Shown: piece by piece, positions 56,746-64,000 of the stretch
How positions within the stretch are numbered: position 1 is the first letter of the stretch
Layout of the letters: each line of letters begins with the position of its first letter
Source of the DNA: an uncultured Planctomycetales bacterium
GTDB taxonomy: Bacteria; Omnitrophota; Gorgyraeia; Zapsychrales; CAYRXT01
Assembly: GCA_964428315.1 (NCBI GenBank)
Contig: CAYRXT010000003.1
Location: 4,151-68,150 of the forward strand
Direction of reading: 5' to 3'
Length of the DNA stretch: 64,000 bases
Program-made: the position numbers and the translations under genes
The notes under the pieces: generated by a model
The model's input: the letters and a program-made list of their open reading frames with translations, nothing else
The model's database searches: none
Told to the model about the DNA's origin: nothing

Positions 56746-58146
56746 TTATATAAATTTTAGACTTCTGCAAGCAATCCCGCACATTTTCAATAGAAGCTGG
56801 CCATGGCGGAACCGGCTTATCTGGGATGAACCGTACCGGCGGGCCTGATAACGCACAGGAAGATCGGTAATTTTCAAATTAAGCTTTGCGGCCCCAAAAA
56901 GCAAATCAAAATCCCCAAAGGGGTCCATCTCTCCGAAAGAGGAACGTTGCGCCATAATGTTTTCATAATGCCCTCTGGTGACAACCTTCGTCCCGCACAG
57001 CGTATCCTTGACGTCCTGTCCGAGCAACCAGGAAAACAATATGGAAAAGAATTTATTGGCAACCCGGTTCAGAAATCGCATGGCATGAGGCTCCATGGGA
57101 TAAACAAGACGGCACCCGTTGATCAATTCCCCTTTATTCGTCAACAAGGCCTCATAAAATTTTGTGAGCTCCTCAGGTGGCACGGTCAAGTCCGCATCGA
57201 GGATCATAAAGATGTCATGGCGGGCCTCGCGGAAACCGAGACGCACGGCATCGGCCTTCCCCCGCCCTTCCTGACGTATGAACCGGACGGATTTATCCGG
57301 ATAGGCTCGGATGACACTTTCGATCTCCTGAGAAGTCCCGTCATCGGAACCTCCTTCCACGAAAATTATCTCCTGCTGACCGGCCATCGAGGGAATCCGA
57401 CGGACGGCCTCCTCGATGTTGCCTTTTTCGTTCTTGGCCGGGATCACCACGCTGACCGAACGGGCATCAACGGCCTCACACCGAGGCCTGGCCACGACAA
57501 AATGATTGAGTGTCAGCGCCTCGAACAAGGGCAGCCGCGCCAAAAATCGGTTTAAAAATGCACTGACAAAGAAAATCCTTTTGGGAAAGAGCGTACAGCG
57601 GGCCTTGCGCACGGTCTCCCAGCCGCTCAAACGCAGAAAGTTGGCGATGTCGTGATAGGTCAGCCAGTTCTGTTCCGGCTGGGGAATCTTCCACCCGCAT
57701 CTTTCTCCGAGCCGCAAGATACACTGCCAAAGGTAAGAGTAATACTCAATGATCACACGGGTACCGGGATGGCACCATTGTTTTAAACCTTCAAAAAATG
57801 CCTGGATATCATCCAGTTCGCCGACAAGACCCGAAAGGATGATATAGTCGAACGGTTCGTCACTGGACCAGTCATCAAGCGCACAGGCTTCGAAATGCAG
57901 ATGGGGGAATTTCTCACGGGCGATGCGGATGGCCTCCGCACTGATATCGATCCCCGCACCGTAAGCGGGCCGCACGGCATTTAGCAGTTCACCCGTTGAA
58001 CAGCCGACTTCCAGGACGCGCTTGTGCGGCGGGATGAAAAAAGCGTACTGCTTGAAAAGGAGCTGATAATAATAGGCGTTTCGATGGAAAAAATCGTCGC
58101 GGCGCGGCGCGAGCCGGTCATAATGTTCGGCAAGATGATCTTTCAT
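56746..58146 (-). CDS. Class I SAM methyltransferase-like domain fused to a GT2 glycosyltransferase
   Basis: N-terminal LEVGCSTG and GIDIS. C-terminal IPAKNEKGN, EGGSDDGT, GKADAV, LDADLTVPPE and DTLCGTK. Confidence 0.88.
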   Translation of the reverse strand: MKDHLAEHYDRLAPRRDDFFHRNAYYYQLLFKQYAFFIPPHKRVLEVGCSTGELLNAVRPAYGAGIDISAEAIRIAREKFPHLHFEACALDDWSSDEPFDYIILSGLVGELDDIQAFFEGLKQWCHPGTRVIIEYYSYLWQCILRLGERCGWKIPQPEQNWLTYHDIANFLRLSGWETVRKARCTLFPKRIFFVSAFLNRFLARLPLFEALTLNHFVVARPRCEAVDARSVSVVIPAKNEKGNIEEAVRRIPSMAGQQEIIFVEGGSDDGTSQEIESVIRAYPDKSVRFIRQEGRGKADAVRLGFREARHDIFMILDADLTVPPEELTKFYEALLTNKGELINGCRLVYPMEPHAMRFLNRVANKFFSILFSWLLGQDVKDTLCGTKVVTRGHYENIMAQRSSFGEMDPFGDFDLLFGAAKLNLKITDLPVRYQARRYGSSQISRFRHGQLLLKMCGIACRSLKFI

Positions 58147-58253
58147 GAGCGAGAATTGGTTCTGCGTGCAGGCACTCCTAGCGACGACCCGGCCTCCTGG
58201 ACCGGATGACTGCGGATAATCTCTCCTTTTTGCCTGCCGTCACGCGGATTCCA

Positions 58254-58262
58254 TGTTATAAT
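58254..58262 (+). promoter_or_regulatory. Extended -10 element upstream of metF
   Basis: TGtTATAAT, ending 7 nt before GTG 58270. Confidence 0.55.
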
Positions 58263-58269
58263 ATCATCC

Positions 58270-59151
58270 GTGATGCGGCCTCTCACAGAAATTTTTAATC
58301 AAAAGAAACGCACCTTTTCCTTTGAACTGTTTCCGCCCAAGACGCCGGAAGGTTATAAGAGACTGCTCTCGACGATCGAGCGGCTCGCACTGCTCCAGCC
58401 GGATTTCATATCCGTCACCTACGGCGCCGGCGGGGGCAACCGCGAAAAGACCCTCGATATCGTCGAGCACATCCAGACAAGGCACAAGATCACCGGCGTG
58501 GCGCATCTGACCTGCGTCCGGCACACGAAAAAGGAGATCGCGCGCATCGTCAATGATATCCGCCAGCGCGGAATCCGGAACATCCTCGCGCTGCGGGGCG
58601 ATCCGCCGCGCGAGGACCCCGACTGGCAGCCGACCGAAGTCAACTTCCGCTTCAGCTACGAACTCACCCGGTTTATCCATGACAATCATCCCGGCCAGTT
58701 TGCCGTCGGTGTGGCGGGCTTTCCGGAAGGCCATGTCCTTTGTCCCGACAAAGATTTAGACGCGCGGTACCTCAAGATGAAGATCGACGCGGGGGCTGAT
58801 TATGTCATCACCCAGCTTTTTTTCGATAACCGGGATTACTTCGACTATGTCGGCCGCCTGCGCAATCTCGGCGTGGAGAAACGTATCATCCCCGGCATCG
58901 TACCCATCACGGATTTTAAGGGTATCGTGAAATTCTGCCGCAGCTGCGGGGCCACGATCCCTTCAAAAATGCGATCGATTTTTGAGCCGATTCAGGATGA
59001 CAAAGAGGCCGTCATGCAGGCGGGCATCGACTACTGCCGTGAACAATGCCGGCAGCTGCTGGCCGGTGGCGCGCCGGGTATCCACTTTTACGCGCTTAAC
59101 AAATCCCATCCCGTGGACGTGATCCTTCCGGCATTAAGGCAACTCCCCTGA
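58270..59151 (+). CDS. metF: Methylenetetrahydrofolate reductase
   Basis: SFELFPPKT, SVTYGAGG, AHLTC, LALRGDPP, FPEGH, ITQLFFDN and GIHFYALN motifs. Confidence 0.96.
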   Translation: MMRPLTEIFNQKKRTFSFELFPPKTPEGYKRLLSTIERLALLQPDFISVTYGAGGGNREKTLDIVEHIQTRHKITGVAHLTCVRHTKKEIARIVNDIRQRGIRNILALRGDPPREDPDWQPTEVNFRFSYELTRFIHDNHPGQFAVGVAGFPEGHVLCPDKDLDARYLKMKIDAGADYVITQLFFDNRDYFDYVGRLRNLGVEKRIIPGIVPITDFKGIVKFCRSCGATIPSKMRSIFEPIQDDKEAVMQAGIDYCREQCRQLLAGGAPGIHFYALNKSHPVDVILPALRQLP

Positions 59152-59377
59152 TCAAAAGATACCTGCCGTCATGTCTAGGGACAGCCGCCTCCTCAGGGAA
59201 GCGATGGCCTCGTCAAAACTACTGGTCTTGGACGCAAAATCGTCTCTTTCGGCCAACCTCGCGCCGGTCGCGTTCACAGCCGCCGGTATTAGCCGCGCAG
59301 ATCTCAATTTTCTGAAGAAATGCCTGAAGAACTAGAACAGCAAGATAGCGCTGGTGCCGGGATCCCGGGGACATGCT

Positions 59378-60763
59378 TTAGCCGGAATACACCGGCAACA
59401 GAATGACGGCGGCAAAGGCCAGCATCATGCTGACGAGGCCGACCGACAGGCCGATCTTCAGCCATTCGAAGAAAGGCACCTTAAGATTTTGCTCCTTTTC
59501 CAGGAGCCCCAGGGCCACGATATTGGCCGTGGAACCGATCATCGTGATGTTCCCTCCGTAGCAGGCCCCGAAAAGCAAAGACCACCACAAAGGCTGAAGA
59601 TTCACGTGCATCATGTCCAGGCTCTTGACGACAGGGACATAAGAGGCCACTGCCACGACGTTATCCAGACCGCTGGAAAGGAATCCGCTTGTGAATAAAA
59701 CGGTCCCCGATAGGATGTTCGGGTGATTCCCGATAATCTCGATCAGCTTATCGGCGATAAAACCCGCTATACCTGTCGCCTGGATGACCCCCGCCTGGGC
59801 AAACAGAAAAAGAAAAAACAAAAGCGAGTTCCACTCCACTTCCTTTTCCACGTAAATCCTCGCCTTGTCATGCCGGTAGATCATGACAATGCCGGCCGCA
59901 ATCACCGGCAGCATGATCAGCAGCGTGTTTTCTTCCAGGGCAAGCAGGATCTCCAGCCTCCTGTGCAGGGCGATGAGCAGGATCGTCACGCCGAAAATCA
60001 TCATGCTGATCTTCGTCTTTCTGTCCGCCGGGATGGAAATGAGATAGAGGAAACTCGTATCCCCCGAATACACTTTCAGCTTTTCGGTCAGTTCCCTGAT
60101 GTACTCTTTATAGTGAACCGCCAGCATCCACACAATGACGAAAAGGACGCAAAGGCTTAAAGGCAACGCCCGCGTAAGAAAGTCCTCGAAGGAAAGACCG
60201 CTGCGCGCGGCGATCAGAACTCCGACCGGATTCCCCAAGACGGTCGCCGCCGAGCCGATATTCGTGGCCAGGACAGAAGAGATCACCAGGGGCATGGCGC
60301 GGATCTCGAGCAGACTGCTGATATTGAGTATCACCGTGACCATCAGGATAATCGAGGTCACCTCGCCCATCAGCGCGGAAAAGATCGCCGAAACGAACAT
60401 CAGGATAACGAACAGCTTCAGCCCCGTCAGATTCCTGACCCTCAGGAGGACTGTTATGATCCAGTAAAAGAATCCCGCCTCCTTCATCATGCCGACGATG
60501 ATCATCATAGAAATAAGGAAGAGGATGACGTCCAGCGAGGCGAAACGGATAAATTCTTCCAGATTCACGGCCTTGATCATAAGGAAAATGCCGCTGCCCA
60601 TGAAGACAAAGCTCAGGCGGAAATCCCAGAAGAACAACGTCCCCAAAATCGAGAGGTTAAAGATGGCCAGCACAACGGACTGTTTGGCATCAAGACCGAC
60701 GGCATGACCGCCAAAACCGACCAGAAGGGTTAAGAGAATCAGGAGAGAAAACTTTTGTTTCAT
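59378..60763 (-). CDS. ArsB/NhaD/SLC13-type (ion transporter superfamily) permease
   Basis: NIGSAATVLGNP, VEWNSLLFF, LDNV and GGNITMIGSTANIVA motifs, with many TMs. Confidence 0.88.
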   Translation of the reverse strand: MKQKFSLLILLTLLVGFGGHAVGLDAKQSVVLAIFNLSILGTLFFWDFRLSFVFMGSGIFLMIKAVNLEEFIRFASLDVILFLISMMIIVGMMKEAGFFYWIITVLLRVRNLTGLKLFVILMFVSAIFSALMGEVTSIILMVTVILNISSLLEIRAMPLVISSVLATNIGSAATVLGNPVGVLIAARSGLSFEDFLTRALPLSLCVLFVIVWMLAVHYKEYIRELTEKLKVYSGDTSFLYLISIPADRKTKISMMIFGVTILLIALHRRLEILLALEENTLLIMLPVIAAGIVMIYRHDKARIYVEKEVEWNSLLFFLFLFAQAGVIQATGIAGFIADKLIEIIGNHPNILSGTVLFTSGFLSSGLDNVVAVASYVPVVKSLDMMHVNLQPLWWSLLFGACYGGNITMIGSTANIVALGLLEKEQNLKVPFFEWLKIGLSVGLVSMMLAFAAVILLPVYSG

Positions 60764-60895
60764 TCAGGCCGTTCCTTCATTTTTTTTGCTATGATAACAT
60801 TTTTATACGATTTGTGAATTCATGCAAGAATTTTCCAAGATTTCTGGTAAGATAACATGGTCTTTTGTTCAGTTTGTCCAATAACAGGATAACCC

Positions 60896-61693
60896 ATGTT
60901 AGAAAAAATCGTTTTGGGCGCCGTCCAGGGCATCGCCGAATGGCTGCCGGTCAGTTCGGAAGGACTGATCGTCCTTGTCAAAACACAACTCTTTTCCGAC
61001 ACGTCTTCGCTGGATGCCATCATGCGCGAAGCCCTCTTTTTCCATTTTGGCACCTTCCTGGCTGCTTTGGTCTATTTACGCAAAGACGTCGGTGTCCTGT
61101 TCAAGGCCCTGATGAATCGCCGGTCGGCAGAAGAAACCAACCGGAACATCCTCTCGTTTCTTATCGTCTCCACCCTGGTCACGGGAGTTGTGGGACTGCT
61201 CATCTTTACCGGCATTCAATTTATTCATTTCAATCTTCTCTTAACGGGAAAAATCATCACGTTCGGCATCGGATTATGCCTTATCTTCACCGCTTTCCTG
61301 CAGATCAGGATGTCACGCGGAGGCGCGCGCGGCGCGGACGAACTGAATTGGAAAGACGGCGTCCTGCTGGGGTTTGTTCAGGGATGTTCCGTCATCCCGG
61401 GATTGTCGCGGTCCGGACTGACAGTGGCCGCTCTGCTATTCCGCAAGGTCAACAAGTCGCTGGCCCTGCGACTGAGTTTTCTGATGAGTCTGCCCGTCGT
61501 GCTGTTCGGCAACATCCTGCTCAATACCAAGGACTTGTTTTCTTTCCGTCCGGACTTCCTCCTCGGAACAGGCTGCGCTTTCCTCTTCGGACTCCTCACT
61601 ATCCACGCGCTCCTCACCTTGGCGCGGAGGGTCAATTTCGGCTACTTCGTTCTTCTCTTCGCCTTCGTAACGATCATGGCCGCCTTCTTCTAA
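60896..61693 (+). CDS. uppP: Undecaprenyl-diphosphate phosphatase
   Basis: QGIAEWLPVSSEG, HFGT, PGLSRSG.T and SFLMSLP motifs. Confidence 0.92.
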   Translation: MLEKIVLGAVQGIAEWLPVSSEGLIVLVKTQLFSDTSSLDAIMREALFFHFGTFLAALVYLRKDVGVLFKALMNRRSAEETNRNILSFLIVSTLVTGVVGLLIFTGIQFIHFNLLLTGKIITFGIGLCLIFTAFLQIRMSRGGARGADELNWKDGVLLGFVQGCSVIPGLSRSGLTVAALLFRKVNKSLALRLSFLMSLPVVLFGNILLNTKDLFSFRPDFLLGTGCAFLFGLLTIHALLTLARRVNFGYFVLLFAFVTIMAAFF

Positions 61694-62457
61694 TCCTGTT
61701 TTAGCGTCCTCTCAAACCATCTGCGGACCGCCCCGAGCATCTGGGTCCTGTTGTTGCGGACAAGGTATTCCGCGTGGGGACCCTTGGGGATCATGGTCAA
61801 CTGTTTCTCCGCATGTGTCTTTTCAAACAGCTTAAGAGAATGCCAAGGTTTGATCAACCAGTCGGCTTCACCATGAATGTAGCAGACCGGCACGCTTAGC
61901 CTGGAAACGACATTGACGGGTTTCTCTTTGGGAAGCCAGAACGGTCCGGGCCGCACGCCCTTGCCGAACCTCCCGTTTCCGATAAGATTGTAGACTATAT
62001 CCGTTTCCACATCGAGCTCCCAGAACCGGTAATCGATCCGCTCGAATTCGGTCGGGCAGCTCACGGCAATAAGGCTGTCGATCTTCTCTGTCCTGCCGGC
62101 CGCGATCAAGCTTGTCGCCGCGCCGAGGGAGAATCCGACAAGGCCCAGATGCTTATAATGCCGGCCGGCGTATTCGATCACCGCCTCGAGATCGAGATGT
62201 TCCTTGGCAGTCCAATAAAAAAGCCCTGCGCTTCGGCCGTGTCCGCGGAAATCAAAAAGAAGGACATCGTAGCGGTCATGGATGGCCGATCCCAGCTCCT
62301 TAAGGAGAAGGGATTCCTTGCTGTTAAAAAAACCGTGGGCCACAATAACCACCGAGCTATGGCCTGCCTTATACAGGTCAAATGATACCCGGCACCCGTC
62401 TTTGGTTTCAAGGTGAGAGCAAAGGGCCGGCTTAAACACCCTTCGGCCCGCTTTCAC
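61690..62457 (-). CDS. Alpha/beta-fold hydrolase
   Basis: HGF, FDFRGHG, GFSLG nucleophile elbow, HGEAD and a C-terminal His. Confidence 0.9.
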   Translation of the reverse strand: MKAGRRVFKPALCSHLETKDGCRVSFDLYKAGHSSVVIVAHGFFNSKESLLLKELGSAIHDRYDVLLFDFRGHGRSAGLFYWTAKEHLDLEAVIEYAGRHYKHLGLVGFSLGAATSLIAAGRTEKIDSLIAVSCPTEFERIDYRFWELDVETDIVYNLIGNGRFGKGVRPGPFWLPKEKPVNVVSRLSVPVCYIHGEADWLIKPWHSLKLFEKTHAEKQLTMIPKGPHAEYLVRNNRTQMLGAVRRWFERTLKQD

Positions 62458-64000
62458 CCGTCAGGCATGCGACGGGAAATTCTTGGATGATATCCCCCAC
62501 AGGGACCCTTTCGCCCCCTTTCAAAGACCGTCCGGTCAAACAATCCCGCCACGCCGAAGGGGATCCGGACGGGAGCAAAAGCGCTGTGTCCTCCCACAGA
62601 CTCCGCCCAAAAGGCAATTGCTCTTCTTCCATGACGGTAGTCAGGAAACGAGGGGCCGCCGTCAGAACCCACCGGTCATCCAACCTGCGGATGAAAGACA
62701 GGACATGTCCCTTGCGCGTTCCCTCAATATCGACCGCAAGATATTCTCCTCGGGCAAAAACATCCGCCCAGCGTTGTCTGATAAGCAGGATTTTATTGAT
62801 CAAAAACATTTTGATCATACCGTTATGCCTCTCGCGCCAAAGCTGCTTTAACCAGTCCGACGGTTCACTCCCCGATTGTCTTTTTATTTCCGCCAAATAA
62901 CGCCTCCTCTGTTCATAGTCGACCGGCCGCCGGTTATCGGGGTCCACGAGGCTGAAGTCCCACAACTCCGCGCCCTGATAAAAGTCCGGGACGCCCGGCG
63001 AGGTCATCTTGAGAAGCGTCTGTGACAACGAATTATATACGCCGAAATAGGCGATCTTTCGCCGAAAGGCACCAAAGTCCTGCAGAAATTCCTCCGATTG
63101 GACCGGGTCCAGAATCCGGCTGATAAAACGGCAGTAGGCATCCTCGTATTCGGTGTCAGGAGAAAGCCAGGCCGTATGAACCTTGGCCTCCCGCACGGCC
63201 TTAACGATGTACGTCATGATGCGGTCGGCGTAATCGTCCTGGGGCGCCGTGTCGAAAGGCCACGTCCCTAAAAGCGTCTGATATAGAAAGTATTCATCGT
63301 TGTTTTCCGGTATGCTCCGTCCGGACAGTTTTTTCTTTTTGTTGCGGTTCAGCCTGCGCCAGACACGCAGTCTTCTCCCCCATTCTTCGGGCAATTCGGA
63401 AAGCACGTTGAGCCTGGCGCGCACATCCTCTCCCCGTTTTGTGTCGTGGGTCGCGGTGGCATTCATGCCCGACGGCCAGTGGCGGTTCTTGTCCGCGTTA
63501 TAATGATGGAACGCCGCACCGCTTGTGCCGAATGTTTCCGGCGCGCCCCCCACTTCATTCAGGGACAACAGACGGTTGTAGACGTACAAGCCGGTGTCCT
63601 CGAATCCTTTGGCCATCAACGGACCGGTAAACTGCTGGAAGCGCATCACAAAGCGTATCCACTCCCGTTTTTCCTTTTCCGTGCAATAGTCTTTGAACCT
63701 CAGGAACAAAAAGTTCTCGATGAAATTCAGTTCATTCATCATGCCGGGATTATCCGACTTGACGTTCTTGACAGTCCGTTCGAGGATCAGGCGGTCCTGC
63801 GTCCCGATAGACGACCCGTTGATATAAGTCCGGTAGACCGGGAAATAGGCCATAACCTCGACAAGGGCGCGCTTCAGCCCGTAAAGCGTGATATCGCTGC
63901 CGTAACGGTCATTCTTCGAGATGCGTTTCATGTGACGAGCCAGGTTGTCGATATCCCCAGCCATATGCTTGCCCATGATGAGCCTCTTTTTGTTCTTCAT
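62432..64000 (-). CDS. treY: Malto-oligosyltrehalose synthase (partial; 5' end outside window)
   Basis: FPVYRTY, FQQFTGPLMAKG.EDT, SLNEVGG, THDTKRGEDVRAR, PGVPDFYQG and LVDPDNRRPVDY motifs. Confidence 0.95.
   Translation of the reverse strand: MKNKKRLIMGKHMAGDIDNLARHMKRISKNDRYGSDITLYGLKRALVEVMAYFPVYRTYINGSSIGTQDRLILERTVKNVKSDNPGMMNELNFIENFLFLRFKDYCTEKEKREWIRFVMRFQQFTGPLMAKGFEDTGLYVYNRLLSLNEVGGAPETFGTSGAAFHHYNADKNRHWPSGMNATATHDTKRGEDVRARLNVLSELPEEWGRRLRVWRRLNRNKKKKLSGRSIPENNDEYFLYQTLLGTWPFDTAPQDDYADRIMTYIVKAVREAKVHTAWLSPDTEYEDAYCRFISRILDPVQSEEFLQDFGAFRRKIAYFGVYNSLSQTLLKMTSPGVPDFYQGAELWDFSLVDPDNRRPVDYEQRRRYLAEIKRQSGSEPSDWLKQLWRERHNGMIKMFLINKILLIRQRWADVFARGEYLAVDIEGTRKGHVLSFIRRLDDRWVLTAAPRFLTTVMEEEQLPFGRSLWEDTALLLPSGSPSAWRDCLTGRSLKGGERVPVGDIIQEFPVACLTGESGPKGV

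Noticed and set aside
59152-59377. Small ORFs or an RNA between the convergent metF and permease genes
   Set aside because: Frames of about 50 codons exist on both strands but lack an RBS or motifs. No recognisable RNA or terminator was seen.

Overview
About 58 kb of this window (1-58146) is a co-oriented, minus-strand cell-envelope glycan biosynthesis cluster of roughly 47 genes. Many genes are translationally coupled, and the cluster runs off the left edge. It encodes a pseudaminic-acid-type nonulosonate pathway (PseB, PseC, PseH-like, PseG, NeuB/PseI, two SpsF-type cytidylyltransferases) with many extra tailoring enzymes: two oxidoreductase domains, two further aminotransferases, AAC(3)-family and FemAB/GNAT transferases, a methyltransferase, a DUF4910 protein and an ACP/FabH/LpxD-like acylation module. 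It also has a CDP-branched-chain-sugar cassette, GDP-fucose and GDP-6-deoxyhexose genes, many glycosyltransferases and a PglK/MsbA-like ABC exporter. Three O-antigen-ligase-family proteins are present, two with very large insertions in the same loop, along with three polyprenyl-P-sugar synthase/GT-C pairs. A TTGACA-N16-TATAAT promoter at 56598-56625 faces most of the cluster. Intergenic gaps hold two copies of a 114-bp palindromic element, a degenerate REP-like palindrome and heptamer arrays. The right end has housekeeping genes: metF, an ion-transporter-superfamily permease, uppP, a hydrolase and a partial treY. No rRNA, tRNA, CRISPR array or transposase was seen. All calls come from reading motifs by eye; no searches were run. 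Several start codons were moved from the ORF track to better-supported positions.
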